Notes: a model not told the origin generated them from the sequence alone. A stretch of DNA of 63,035 nucleotides, filler included, from Malassezia furfur (GCA_052055015.1; 41 parts of 41 records of this genome joined end to end with filler, not necessarily neighbours in it), one strand, 5' to 3'. Positions 45,235 to 57,186 are shown, numbered from the whole stretch's first letter. Made by a program: numbers and translations.

Positions 45235-46539
45235 ATGACGTCGCGTATGTGAGGAAGCGCTAACGCAGCTGCGATTACGCTCAATCTGAGCAGCGCAGAG
45301 CGCCAATCGTTTGGGCATCTGTTTACGCTTGCGGATCCGAGCCAGAGCGGCGTGATTACCGGCGATGCGGCCGTGAAGTTTTTTGAGGGGTTCAAGCTGC
45401 CCACACTGACGCTCGGTCAAATCTGGTCGATTGCGGACAGTAGTAATAATGGGTTCCTGACGCCGAATGCGTTTGCGATTGCGCTGCGCCTAATTGCGCG
45501 TGCGCAGCGCGGCGAGAGCGTCGGTGAGTCCGAGGTGCAAATCCCCGGCGCGCCGCCCGTCTACGAGGGCGCTGGGGCGCCGGCCGCGACCGGGGTGTCT
45601 GCGGCAGCCTCCGAGGTGTCAATCACGCCGGAGGACAAGGCGCGCTTCTCGCGCATCTTTGCGACGGTTGGCCCGACGAACGGCCTGCTGAGCGGCGACC
45701 AGGCCAAGGAGGTGTTTATGAAGTCCAAGCTGCCCTATTCCAGGCTGGGCGCGATTTGGAACCTGGCCGACACCAAGGCCCGTGGCGCCCTGGACCTGAC
45801 CGACTTTGTGATCGGCATGTATTACATCCAGGGCTCAATGAACGGCACGATCCCGTCCATTCCGACGGCGCTCCCGGCCGGCTTGTACGAGCAGGCCTCG
45901 GGTGCGCCGCCGCCGCCGCTGCAGCCGCAGCCGACCGGCACCGACCATTTGGCGGCGGCGTTCAACCAGCCGCCGGTGGCTGCCAAGACGGCGCCCTCGG
46001 TGGCGCCGAGCGTGGCACCGAGCGCGCCTAGCCTCGCCGGTGCGTCGCGCTCGAGCAGCTACACCTCGGTGCGCGCGATGAACGACTGGGCGATTACGCC
46101 GCAGGAGAAGGCCAAGTTTGACTCGTTCTTTGACTCGCTCGACACGGGCAAGACGGGCGCGATCGAGGGCCCGATGGCCGTGCCCTTCTTTATGCAGAGC
46201 GGCCTGGACGAGCCGACGCTTGCGCATGTGTGGGACCTGTCGGACCTTACGCAGAATGGGCAGCTGTCGCGCGACGAGTTTGCGCTTGCGATGCGCTTGA
46301 TCAATGACAAGCTCGAGGGCAAGGCGTTGCCCGATCAGCTCCCTGCGTCCTACCTGCCGCCGAGCATGCGCACGCGCGACCTGCCTGAGGCCGTCGATGT
46401 GAAGCAGACCGAAACGCAGAAGGAGCTGTTCTCGCTGCTCGACACGGACGCACCTGTAATGTCGCCCTCGGTCGCCGCCTCGGCGTTTGGCGGCGGCGCG
46501 CGCGAAATGCCGACCCGGAGTGCCGCGGCGCCTGCGGCG
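45235..46539 (+). CDS. EDE1: Endocytic scaffold Ede1/Eps15, three EH domains (one micro-intron; 3' truncated)
   Basis: Three EH repeats: LGQIWSIAD, LGAIWNLAD, LAHVWDLSD. ATG at 45235. Confidence 0.92.
45245..45268 (+). other. Spliceosomal micro-intron, 24 nt (GTATGTGAGGAAGCGCTAACGCAG)
   Basis: Removes in-frame stops and links the ATG (MTSP-AITLNL) to EH1. Confidence 0.88.
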
Positions 46540-46639
46540 NNNNNNNNNNNNNNNNNNNNNNNNNNNNNNNNNNNNNNNNNNNNTTAATTAATTAANNNNN
46601 NNNNNNNNNNNNNNNNNNNNNNNNNNNNNNNNNNNNNNN

Positions 46640-47205
46640 CGCCGCCGGCGCGCCGCGACGGGCGCGTGCGCCGCGTCGTGCGGCCGCCCACCGTCCTGTA
46701 CACGTGGGAGGGCCGTGTGCCGGACGTGGCGCTGGCGCTGGGCATGCAGCACTCGGTGGTGTGCGTGGAGCCGGCGCGGGCCACGCTGTGGCTCCTGGGG
46801 AGCAACCGGCAGGGCCAGCTGAACGTCGCCCCCGCCCTGGGGGCCGCGCGCGCGCACGGGCCGCCGGACGGGCCGCCGGACGCGGTGTGCGTTGCGGTGG
46901 GGCGCGCGGTGCAGGTCGCGTGCAACTGGCACACGACGCTCGTGTACGACGGGGCGACGCACCGTGTGCTGGGCGTTGGCGACGACCGGCACGGGCAGTG
47001 TGGGCGGGCGTGGTGCGTGGGCGCCGGCGCGCGCCTCGGGGCCGGGAGCGAGCACGCGGTGGTGCGCCAGGCGGACGGTGCGGTGCGTGCGTTTGGGTGG
47101 AACGAGCACGGGAACGTGGGCGCGGCGGGTGACGGCGCGGCGCTGTGCGCCGGTGCGCTGGGGGCGTGGCCCGGCCTGGCGACGACGTGGGTGCTGCGTG
47201 CGTAG
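46640..47205 (+). CDS. RCC1-repeat protein, Ats1/Kti13-like C-terminus
   Basis: VALALGMQHSV, LGSNRQGQL, QVACNWHTT, GAGSEHAV..AFGWNEHGNVG..GLATTWV. Confidence 0.75.
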
Positions 47206-47217
47206 AAAAACTATACA

Positions 47218-48056
47218 TTACAAGAGGCGCAGCCACACGAGCCCCGCCCGCGAGCGCTCGCGCAGGATCGACCAGGGGAAGGTCGGCGGCGCGCCCACCT
47301 CTTCGTACGGCTGGACGTCGGGCACGTCGAGCGACTCGCTCGCGCCCTTCATGACCGCCTCGAGCATCGAGGCGAGGAGCGAGTCGGGCTCGCGCGGCGC
47401 GACGCAGCGCGTGAGCAGCGCGCGCGCGTGCTCCGACGTGCCCTCGGCCTCGAGCACGAGCGTGCCGTTCCAGCCGTGGTGCGCGTCGTAGGGCGACTCG
47501 AGGTAGCTCGGCGTGTCGGTGGCGGGCATCTCGATCGTGATCACCGCGCGGTAGAGCCACTTGGCGACGCGGTACAGCTGGCTGTTGGCGCCGAGCGTCT
47601 CGACGTTGTCGCGCACGAGCTGGATGGAGCACACGAGCTGCGAGCGCCACGGGAGCAGGTCGAGGTAGACGACGGGCGCGTTGCGCGAGTAGCGCACCAC
47701 GCCGTGGTAGTACTGCGGGGGGTACAGCAGCATGTTCAAAAACGGCGGCAGGTGGCCGATCGGGTCAAACACGGTCGACAGCGGGACGAAGCCCTCGCCG
47801 TTGAAGATGTAGCGCCCGTCGTTGAACTGGTCGGGCTTCGCGACGTTGAGCGCCATGTCGCCGCGCTGCAGGAAGCGCCAGATGCCCGCGATGAACAGCT
47901 CGCGCTCGGTGCGCTGCAGCTCGGTGCTGTAGGCGTCTGCGGTGTGCTCGTCCTCGGGCGCCCACACGCGGAAGAGCGACACGCGCCCGGGCGTGAACGG
48001 CGCCTCGACGCGCGCGCGCCGCATCGCGCCGTTCGGCGCGGCGAGCACGAGCGTCG
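47218..48056 (-). CDS. Conserved-looking hypothetical protein, C-terminal domain
   Basis: Globular, strongly codon-biased ORF (HLPPFLNML..YYH..VYLDLLPW..GWNGTLVLEAEGT..PWSILRERS). No function recognised. Confidence 0.7.
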
Positions 48057-48156
48057 NNNNNNNNNNNNNNNNNNNNNNNNNNNNNNNNNNNNNNNNNNNN
48101 TTAATTAATTAANNNNNNNNNNNNNNNNNNNNNNNNNNNNNNNNNNNNNNNNNNNN

Positions 48157-49572
48157 GCACCACACCGACGTCGGTGCGCTGAGCCAGGACGTTGAGCAGC
48201 GTTGTCTTGCCGGCACCACTCTCGCCCATCAGCGCAGTCATCTTGCCGGGGGCCACAAAGCCGGACACGTCGTTCAGCAGACGGCGCGACTCGCCCTTGA
48301 TCATCACGTCGTAGTTCACGTGCTCCCAGCTGAAGACCTCATCCGAGACCTTGAGGATGCCGTGGCCGTGCTCGTCGGGGTCCTCCGGGGCCTCCTGGTT
48401 CTGCTGCTGCTCGACCTCCGCCTGCTGCTTTTCCTCGATGCCGTCCGACACGCCGGGGTTCTGCGCGGCGGACTCGGCCTGCTCAAGCTGCTCACGCTTC
48501 ACCGAGCCGCGCTTGAAGATCATCACACCGCCCGTCGCCGACGGGTCCGTCTGGAACTCCGAGCCCACCATGTACAGGATGATGAAGAAGATCCAGAAGC
48601 CAATCACGATACCAATGTTGCGGTGCGCACTCGACCACTTGTAGCCGTACTGGAAGTAGGCATACCGCGACGTGTCGATCAGCGTTTCGCCCGGGCGCGC
48701 ACCGGCCACCGGGCACACCTGGTTCGCCGAGTTCGCGCCGGGCGCCGGCGGGAACATTTGGCCAGGAGCACAGGGCAGGTACTCTCCACGGTACTCGTTC
48801 ATCATCATCACTTCGAAGCCGAACGCAATCGGGTTACAGTACGACAGCCAGCGCCACCAGATCACCATGGACGGACGGGGGATCGCATAGCCGGCGTACA
48901 GCGCCGAGTCAATGATCGTCAGACCGGCCACCATCGTCGCGACAGACACGGAGCGCGTCCAGGCCGTCACTGCACGGAAGAAGGTGACCATGGTGAAGGT
49001 CAGGAGCATCGTCGTGAAGTAGAAAATAAAGAACTTGTCCGCACGGACCGCCAAGCCGGTCATGAAGTAGAGCACCACCACAAAGATGGTCATGGTGATC
49101 GACCGAATGGGAATGTCCAGCAAGACATTACCGAGCGAGTCCGCAGACGGGTGGAGCATAGCGAAGCGTTGTTGACGGATGACGACCGGACGCTGCATGT
49201 AGCCGTTGGGCACCTCGGCCATGGCCGAGAACGAATTGTACAGCAAAGCAAAGAAGATCACACCACTGCGCGAGAACAGCGCCGAGGTGTTCTTGGCCAT
49301 CAGGAAATACACGGAACCAATAATCAGCGCCTGGAACAACGAAGCAGCGGACGTGATGATCGTCGTGTTCATGTCACCCCACGCAATCTGCGCACGACGC
49401 TTGACCGCCAGGCGGATCTGCTGTGGCCACGAAAGCATGTAGCGCGAGTGCTTGCGCGCACGGCGCGTGCGCTTGCCACGGACGCCGTTGATGTACTCGT
49501 GACGGAACTCACTTGAATGCTTCGCCTCCATCTCTGCAATGTATGCATCGACCTCGGCCTGGTTCGCACGGC
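48157..49572 (-). CDS. Pleiotropic drug resistance (ABCG/PDR, Snq2-like) transporter, TMD1 to start of NBD2
   Basis: FSRSGVIFFALL, YAGYAIPRPSM, LLNDVSGFVAPGKMTALMGESGAGKTTLLNVLAQR. Confidence 0.95.
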
Positions 49573-49672
49573 NNNNNNNNNNNNNNNNNNNNNNNNNNNN
49601 NNNNNNNNNNNNNNNNTTAATTAATTAANNNNNNNNNNNNNNNNNNNNNNNNNNNNNNNNNNNNNNNNNNNN

Positions 49673-50367
49673 AGGACACCCCCACCCCTTCGGGCCCCAA
49701 GGGCCTCTGGTCGTCGTACTACCGCCGCGTCCTGTACTTTGATGCGCCGGCGCGCGTCCTGCTGCGTTTCCAGCACAAACTCTACTACATCATCATGAGC
49801 CTCGCACGCTTCAACCTGTACGCGCTTTCGTACTCGTTCCTGCTGCTGCGTGCGCGCCGCGACCGGTGGTTCGCGCTCGAGTGCTTTGGCCTCGTGTGCT
49901 TCTGGACGTGGTTCGGCGCGGGCGTGCTGCGTGCGCTGCCATCGTGGGGCATCGTCGTCGGCTACCTGCTCGTCTCGCACGTCTTTGCCTCGCCCGTGCA
50001 CGTGCAGATCGTTTTGTCGCACTTTGCGCAGGACACCACGGACCTCGGGCCGCAGGAGTGCTTTGCCTCGCGCCAGATCCGCACCACGATGGACGTGCAG
50101 TGCTCGCCGGCGCTCGACTTTGTGCACGGCGGCCTCCACATGCAGGTCACCCACCACCTCTTCCCCCGCCTGCCGCGGCACAACCTGCGCGAGGCGCGCG
50201 ACCGCTTCGTCCGCCCGTTCTGCACGCGCTACGGCCTCGTGTACGAGGAGCGGCGCTTTGCGCCGGGCAACGGCAAGGTGCTCGCGCGCCTCAAGGAGGT
50301 CGCGGACCAGGTGGCGTTTTTGGCGTGCGTCGCTCAGGCCCAGGCGCGCGGCGAACTCCATAGCTAG
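49673..50367 (+). CDS. Delta-8 sphingolipid (front-end) desaturase, C-terminal part
   Basis: QHKLYYIIMSLARFNLY, HVQIVLSHF, QIRTTMDV, HGGLHMQVTHHLFPRLPRHNL (third His box QxxHH). Confidence 0.88.
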
Positions 50368-51086
50368 AGACGTCCTACAGTCGTATGCAGCTCGACGGCA
50401 ATGCCGCGGTGCAGCGCGGGGCGCAGCGTGTCGATCTGCGCAAGCACGTCGCGCATCCACGCGCGCCACGCCGCATCGTGCGCCGCCGCCGCCGCATACG
50501 CTCGCACGGACGACAGCAGCGCCGACACGCACTGAATCGCATACCCGAGCGAGAACGGCGGCGCGGCTTGCACACACGCCGCATCGACGTTGTGCAGCAC
50601 GCGCGCGACGGCCGCGGCACGCGCCTCGACTGCGAACGGCGCAGGGCGCACGGCGTCCCACGCCGCGACGTCGTCGGCCTCGACGCCGTCCCTGGGCGCG
50701 GGCGCCACGTCGACGCCCGCAAACACGCCGCCGGGGTCGAGCTGCGCGAGGTGCGCGGTCAGCTCCGCCTGGTACGTCGCGTGCGGCGCCGCAATCGTGT
50801 GGAACCAGATGCCGACCGCCTCCCACACCTCGTCCGCAAAGCCGCTCGGGTCGAGGCGCGCGACCAGCACCGCCAAATGCACCGCGACGGAGCGGCGGTG
50901 CGTGTCGCCGGCGATGCGCCGCCACGACTCGGCACCGAGCGACAGGTAGCTGTGCCACGTACGTGCCTCGGCGTGCACAAGCACCGCCGCACACGCCGCC
51001 CAGCACGCGACAAGCTCGGTGGCTTGCACGTCGCGCTCGGCGTCGGCAACGAGCGCCTCGACGGCCGCGTGCGCCGACGCGTCGTC
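50364..51086 (-). CDS. Mus7/Mms22-like protein, C-terminal part
   Basis: CWAACAAVLV..RTWHSYLSLGAESWRRI..IWFHTIAAP resembles the fungal Mus7 C-terminus. Tentative. Confidence 0.5.
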   Translation of the reverse strand, partial: DDASAHAAVEALVADAERDVQATELVACWAACAAVLVHAEARTWHSYLSLGAESWRRIAGDTHRRSVAVHLAVLVARLDPSGFADEVWEAVGIWFHTIAAPHATYQAELTAHLAQLDPGGVFAGVDVAPAPRDGVEADDVAAWDAVRPAPFAVEARAAAVARVLHNVDAACVQAAPPFSLGYAIQCVSALLSSVRAYAAAAAHDAAWRAWMRDVLAQIDTLRPALHRGIAVELHTTVGRL

Positions 51087-51186
51087 NNNNNNNNNNNNNN
51101 NNNNNNNNNNNNNNNNNNNNNNNNNNNNNNTTAATTAATTAANNNNNNNNNNNNNNNNNNNNNNNNNNNNNNNNNNNNNNNNNNNN

Positions 51187-52288
51187 GCCGACGACGCGCC
51201 TCGGCGGGCTGCTCGCGCGGCGCCCCGGGCTGGCGCTCGCGGCGTCGTACGCGTACACGCTCGTGTCGCGCGGCCTCGTGCCGCTGGCGTTTGCGGTGAT
51301 GTACGTGGCGCTGTCGGTGTACACGGGCGCGTGCCGGCACAACTACCAGAACACGTGCCTGGCGCACGGCATCAAGGGCGCCATCTTCTTCTGGTACGGC
51401 GTGCTGTCGTTTGTGCGCTTTTTGGGCGCGTTTGGCGAGTACGGCTGGGCGTGGAACAAGCGCCCGACGCCCGCCAACACCGACCGCCATGTGGCGCGGT
51501 GGCGGCGCACGATGCCCTCTGCCGAGTTCGTCGAGTGCCTGGTGATCTTTTTGTACGGCGTGTCGAACACGTGGCTCGAGCGCCTGAGCGCGCGCCCGGG
51601 CGACCCGTACACGGTGAAGCAGATCCAGCACATCTCGATCGCGGTCATGTTCTGGTTCGTGGGCCTCGTGGGCATGGGCCTCGAGTCGGTCACGCTGCGC
51701 TCGCTGATCGCGCGCGTCGTGGTGCAGGCGCACCCCTCGGTGGCGCCCGAGCCGGGCGTGCGCGCCGACGTGGACGAGGCGCTCGCGCAGGCGGCGCCCC
51801 CGCCGTCGTACGCGTACAGCTTCAACCCCTTCCCCGCGCTGGTGATCGGCGTGACGGGCGTGGCGATGGCCGCGCACCACCAGGACTATGTATACGAGGT
51901 GCAGGTGCACGTCCTCTGGGGCGAGATGCTCGCCGCCTTTGCGCTCTTCCGCATGCTCACCTACTTTTTGCTGTGGCTGCGCCCCCCGTCGAGTCTGCTG
52001 CCGAGCCGCCCGCCGACCGAGATCATGGCGAGCTTTGCGCTGACGTGCGGCGGCCTGCTGTTTATGCTGTCGAACGAAGAGGTGTCGTTCGCGGCGATGC
52101 GGTCCAACTACAGCGACTTTATGGCGATGCTCAACGTGGCCATCGCGCTCGTCGCGCTCGTGTTTGCGTGGTCGTTTGCCGTGATGGTCATCAAAGCCTG
52201 GGCGCAGGCGCGCGAGTCGCGCAAGGCCCCCTACGAACACCGCGCCCACGCCCAGCACCACACCCGCGCGTGGGTCTCGTCGATGTAG
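51187..52288 (+). CDS. Ytp1-family multi-pass membrane protein, C-terminal part
   Basis: CLAHGIKGAIFFWYG, GWAWN, SAEFVEC, QHISIAVMFWF, NPFPALVIG..MAAHHQ, PSRPPTE..GGLLFMLS. Confidence 0.85.
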
Positions 52289-52700
52289 TCGGCGGAGCGC
52301 CCCGGCGCACCACCCCTCGCTCGTTAGCCGCCCACCCCTGAGATACCTAGATAGGCCCTGGATAATGCTGACTCAACCGCGCAGGCGCCGCGCGCGCGCC
52401 CCCCTCGACCCCACGCCGCACGCAACCATGGCGGCGACGGGCTCGGCGTCCGCGGACGACGTGCCGCCCGCGCCGCACAGCCCGACGCGCCTCGCGCACT
52501 CGCGCGGGCAGCAGGCGCGGCAGCTCTTTATGCGCGCGGGCGGCGGGTCGAAGAACAAGCGGCTGCCGGCCATCTCGGCAGAGATGGAGGGCGTGCGCCG
52601 NNNNNNNNNNNNNNNNNNNNNNNNNNNNNNNNNNNNNNNNNNNNTTAATTAATTAANNNNNNNNNNNNNNNNNNNNNNNNNNNNNNNNNNNNNNNNNNNN

Positions 52701-54089
52701 TGCAGGGGCCGGCGCCGCGGCGGGCAGGTCGAGCTCGGCCGGCGCGCGCTTGGACCGCTTCGCGGCGAGCCGCGCATTCTGCTCGTAGGTCTTTTGCAGG
52801 AGCGTCTCGTTGAGCTGCGCCAGGTCCATGACCATCGGCACGTGCTTCACCGCGTCGTGGTGCACGGCCTGCTTCTCGTCCGCGCGGCTCGGCGACGTGG
52901 GCGGCAGCGTGCCGGCGACCTTGTGGGCTGCCAGCGCAAACGCATGCGCGGCGGCATTCATCTCGCGATCCGTCACGGGCGGCGCTGCGGGCGTGTGGGC
53001 GTTCGGCGAGCGGTACACGTCGGAAGAGATGCGCCGCGCGCGCGGCGTGCGTGGCCCTGCGCCGAGCTGGATCAGCTGGTGGTCCGCCTCGGCACGGTCC
53101 GTGTCCTTGGGCGGCGGGCGGAAGAGCACCTTTTTGGCGCGCTGCTGCTTGGGCTGCGACGCCAGCGCCACGACCTCGACGTCGCTGTCCGCGTCGTCGG
53201 GCACCGACGGCTGGTGCGCACGCAGCATGGCCCACTTGCGCTGGATGCGCTCCTGGTTCGGATCGGTCGGCACGCTCGGCACCGGACGCGGCGCGGGCTC
53301 CGGCGTGGACCGCGCGGCGGTCGACGACGACTCCACGGGGTCCGAGCTGCTGTGCTGCTCGGGACGCGCCTCGGCGTGCTGGATGGTGCTCAGCAGCTCC
53401 GAGAGCTGGTACCGCTTGGGCTCCGGCCGCGCAATCGTCGCGCGGTGCTCGCGCCGCAGACGCGCTGACATGCTGTGCATTTCACGCTGCTCCTTGCGCG
53501 ACAGACCCTTGGCGCGCGGCTTGGGCACCGGCACGTCCATCTCCGACTCGCTGCTCGTGTCGTTGAGCAGCGCCAACTTTTTCGGCGAGACGCGCAGCGG
53601 CGACGGCGACTTGGCCGCGGGCGGCGACGAATCACGCACGGGTTGAGCGGGCACGTCGTCGTCGTCGTCGTCCGCCGCGCGCTGTTCTGCGCGCTGCCGC
53701 GCCAGATCACGCAGGCGATCCATACGCGAGCGCCGCGCATCGGTTTCGTCGTCGCTCTCGTCCAAGAACAGCGGCTCCTGCGCGGTCTCCTCTCGGGCGC
53801 GCATCCGCCCGGCCATGGACGTGCGCGGGGGGTGCGGTGCCTCGCCGTCGCTCTCTTCCAGGTCCGTCTCGAGCTCGGGCGTGGGCGGGCGCGCTGTGCG
53901 CTTTTCCGGCGCGGACGCGAGGCTCGTATCGTAGCTCGTATCGGCGTGGCCCGCCGAAGCGCCGTGCAAGCGCGGCGACGACCCCATCTGGAACGACGGG
54001 GAGCTCGAGGGGGACGGTGTGGAGCGCTCGTCACGTTCCGGCGGGGGAGTACGCCCGACACGCAGCGGGGGGGCGACGATCCCTGCCAT
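52701..54089 (-). CDS. Replication-checkpoint mediator Mrc1/Claspin-like, 5' part
   Basis: Acidic, disordered sequence with KGLSRKEQREMHSMSARLRRE and LNETLLQKTYEQ blocks reminiscent of fungal Mrc1. Confidence 0.5.
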
Positions 54090-54203
54090 GCACGCAAGAG
54101 CTGNNNNNNNNNNNNNNNNNNNNNNNNNNNNNNNNNNNNNNNNNNNNTTAATTAATTAANNNNNNNNNNNNNNNNNNNNNNNNNNNNNNNNNNNNNNNNN
54201 NNN

Positions 54204-55597
54204 GGCGCTCCGACTTGGCGCGCGGTGCCGCGGACGGCACGGGCGACGCACGCCGCTTGGACGACGACGTGGCGTCGTCGCTCGTGGGCGGTGCGAGCGT
54301 AGACGAGGCGCTCCATTTCGGGGCGGCGGCCGGCTCGGCGGCGGAGAGCGCGGGCGCAGGCGCGGGCGCAGGGGTAGGGGCCGGCGCGGGCGCAGCAGCA
54401 GCAGGTGCGGGCGCAGGCGCAAGCACAGGCGCAGGCGCAGGGGCGGGCGATGCGTCGGACGACGGCACACGCACCGGCTCTGCCGACACGTCCGACTCGG
54501 CGCGGCTCGTGGCGACCGACGCCTTGCGCGGGCGCCCCGACTCCCCGTTCAGGCGATGGGGGAGGAACGACGTGAGGCTCAGCGGCGCCTGGCCAAACGA
54601 CGTCAAGACGCTCTCGCGCGGCGGCGCAGGGCGCTCGGCGGGCGCCGTGGGCGTCGGGACGAGGCTCGCGAGCGATGCCTCGGGGCTGTGCGCGTACGCC
54701 TCGGCACGCGCGTCGTCGTTCATGTCGGGTGCGACGATGGGCGGCGGCGTCGTGATCGGCGACGTGCTACGCGGCGCGGCGCGCTCCGTCTCGGGCGCTG
54801 CAGCGAGCGGCAGCTCGGGCGCGGCGGTGTCCACGGGCGTGTCGCTCGCGCCGGGGCTCGGCTGCGTCGAGGAGTGCGACGCACGCGAGCCTTGCACACG
54901 GTCCTCGGACTTGTCGAGCGCTTCGACACGCGCCTGCGACAGCGGCCAGAGCCGCATGTTGCGCTTCGACCCGCTGCTGCTGCGCGACACCGATTCGGGG
55001 TTCGACGGCGAGCGCCGCGACATGTTCGACATGGTGCGCCGCGCGGCATTGCCGAGCGCCGCGAGGTTCAGCTCGGTGGCGCCCAGGCCGTTGCTCAACT
55101 TGCGCGCCTTGATCTCGGACGACGCACGCGACGCACGCGACTCGGCCCGCGGCTCGTCGGCAGCATGCACCTTGCTGGGCTGCTCGGTGGGCTCCGCGGC
55201 CGCCTTGCGCTTCGGCGGCTCGGCCACGGCCGGAACCGCAGCCGGCTCGGGCTCGGGGGCGGCCACCGGCTCGGCGGCCACCTCGGGCTCGGCAGCCACT
55301 TCGGGCTCGGCAGCCACCTCGGGCTCGGCAGCCACTTCGGGCTCGGCAGTCACCTCGGGCTCGGCAGCCACCGATTCGGCGGCCACCATCTCGGCGGGCT
55401 CGGCGGGCTCGGCGCGCACCGCAGGTGACGCCGGCTCCGAGACGCGGCGAGCATCTGCGGCGCTTGCAGCCACAGGCTTGGAGGGTGTGGCCTTGGACGG
55501 CGTAACCTTGGAGGGCGTGGCCTTGGCGGGCGTGGCCTTGGACGGCGTCGCGGTCGCCGACGCAGGCTGCGGCGTGGCCGGCGCCGTGTCGCGCGGC
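54204..55597 (-). CDS. Low-complexity Ala/Pro/Ser-rich protein fragment
   Basis: Open frame across the whole contig. No domain recognised. Confidence 0.6.
55266..55372 (-). repeat. Coding tandem repeat, 18-bp unit (AAEPEV), about 6 copies
   Basis: CTCGGGCTCGGCAGCCAC-type unit repeated on the + strand. Confidence 0.9.
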
Positions 55598-55697
55598 NNN
55601 NNNNNNNNNNNNNNNNNNNNNNNNNNNNNNNNNNNNNNNNNTTAATTAATTAANNNNNNNNNNNNNNNNNNNNNNNNNNNNNNNNNNNNNNNNNNNN

Positions 55698-57086
55698 CGC
55701 CCACGCGCGCGCCGCCGAGCATCCCCGCCGACGCGCCGTACGCACGCACGCTGCAGCTGCTCGGCGCGCTGCGTGCGCTCGCGGACGAGGGCGTGTACGG
55801 CGACGGGCCGTTTGCGCTGGACGACGCGACGTTCCTGAACAACAAGCTCACGGCGAAGCTCGCGCAGCAGCTCGGCGAGCCGCTGCTCGTCGCGAGCCAG
55901 TGCCTCCCCGCGTGGGCGCACGAGCTGCCGCACGCGTTTGCGTTCCTGTTCTCGTTCGCGACGCGCTTCGCCTACTTCCAGGCGACGGCGCTCGGCCACG
56001 CGCGCCTGCTGCAGGCGTACCTGAAGCGCGACGGCGCCGCGTCCGACGACGTGCTCCAGATGCTCGCGCAGGTGCCGCGGCAAAAGGTGCGCATCGCACG
56101 CGACGCGCTGCTGCCGTCGGCCGTCAAGGTGCTCGAGCTGTACGCCGCGGGGCCGCACGTCCTCGAGGTCGATTACCGCGACGAGGTCGGCTCGGGCCTC
56201 GGCCCGACGCTCGAGTTCTACGCACTCGTGTCGCAGGCGCTCGCACGCACGGACCTCGGCATGTGGCGCGCCGCGCCGCACGACGCGCCGCACGCCGACG
56301 CGCGCCACGGCCTGTACCCGCGCGCAGACGCCGAGCGCTCGGCGAAGGCCACGGCGCTCTTCACGACGCTCGGGCAGCTCGTCGCCAAGGCGCTGCTCGA
56401 CGCGCGCCTGATCGACGTGCCGCTGCACCCCGTGTTCTGGCGCCAGCTGCTCGGCCAGCGCGTCGCGGACACGGCGGCGCTCGCACACATCGACCCCGCC
56501 GTCGCGCGGTCGCTCGCGGCGCTGCAGGCGCTGCCCTCGGCCGAGCTCGACGCGCTCGAACTCGCGTACGCACTGCCCAGCACCGACGCGCTGCTGCGCG
56601 CCGACACGCCGCTCGTGACGCACGCAAACGTCGACGCGTACGTGCGCGACGTCGCGCACGCGACGCTCGCGATCGACGGCGCGCTCGCCGCGTTCCGCAC
56701 GGGCTTTGCACACGTGATGCCTCTGGCGCACCTCGGCGTGTTCTCCGCGACCGAGCTCGGGCACCTCGTCGCGCACCGCGACGAGGACTGGAGCGAGGCG
56801 GCGCTGCGCCGCGCGCTCGTGCCCGACCACGGGTTCAGTAGCGAGAGCCGCGAGTTTGGCGACCTCGTCGCGATCCTCGCGGCGTACTCGGAGGACGAGC
56901 GGCGCGCGTTTGTGCAGTGGCTCACCGGCGCGCCGCGCCTGCCGATCGGCGGGTTCGGCGCGCTGCAGCCGCCGCTCACGGTCGTGCGCCGCGACCACGA
57001 GCCGCCGCTCGCGCCGGACGACTACCTGCCGAGCGTGATGACGTGCGTCAACTACCTCAAGCTCCCGCGCTACTCGAGCCGCGACA
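55698..57086 (+). CDS. UFD4: HECT E3 ubiquitin ligase Ufd4/TRIP12-like, C-terminal HECT domain
   Basis: NNKLTAKL, DEVGSGLGPTLEFY, LGQLVAKALLDAR, FVQWLTGAPRLPIGG, DDYLPSVMTCVNYLKLP (catalytic Cys). Confidence 0.93.
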
Positions 57087-57186
57087 NNNNNNNNNNNNNN
57101 NNNNNNNNNNNNNNNNNNNNNNNNNNNNNNTTAATTAATTAANNNNNNNNNNNNNNNNNNNNNNNNNNNNNNNNNNNNNNNNNNNN

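Noticed and set aside
35987..49572. Apparent iron or secondary-metabolite cluster (NRPS, HapX-like factor, ABC transporter)
   Set aside because: The genes sit on different contigs ordered only by length, so there is no physical linkage evidence.
48157..49572. Lower GC of the PDR transporter contig (also 34460-35886) as a sign of horizontal transfer or contamination
   Set aside because: The protein is a typical fungal PDR transporter, and a modest GC shift alone is insufficient without a phylogeny.
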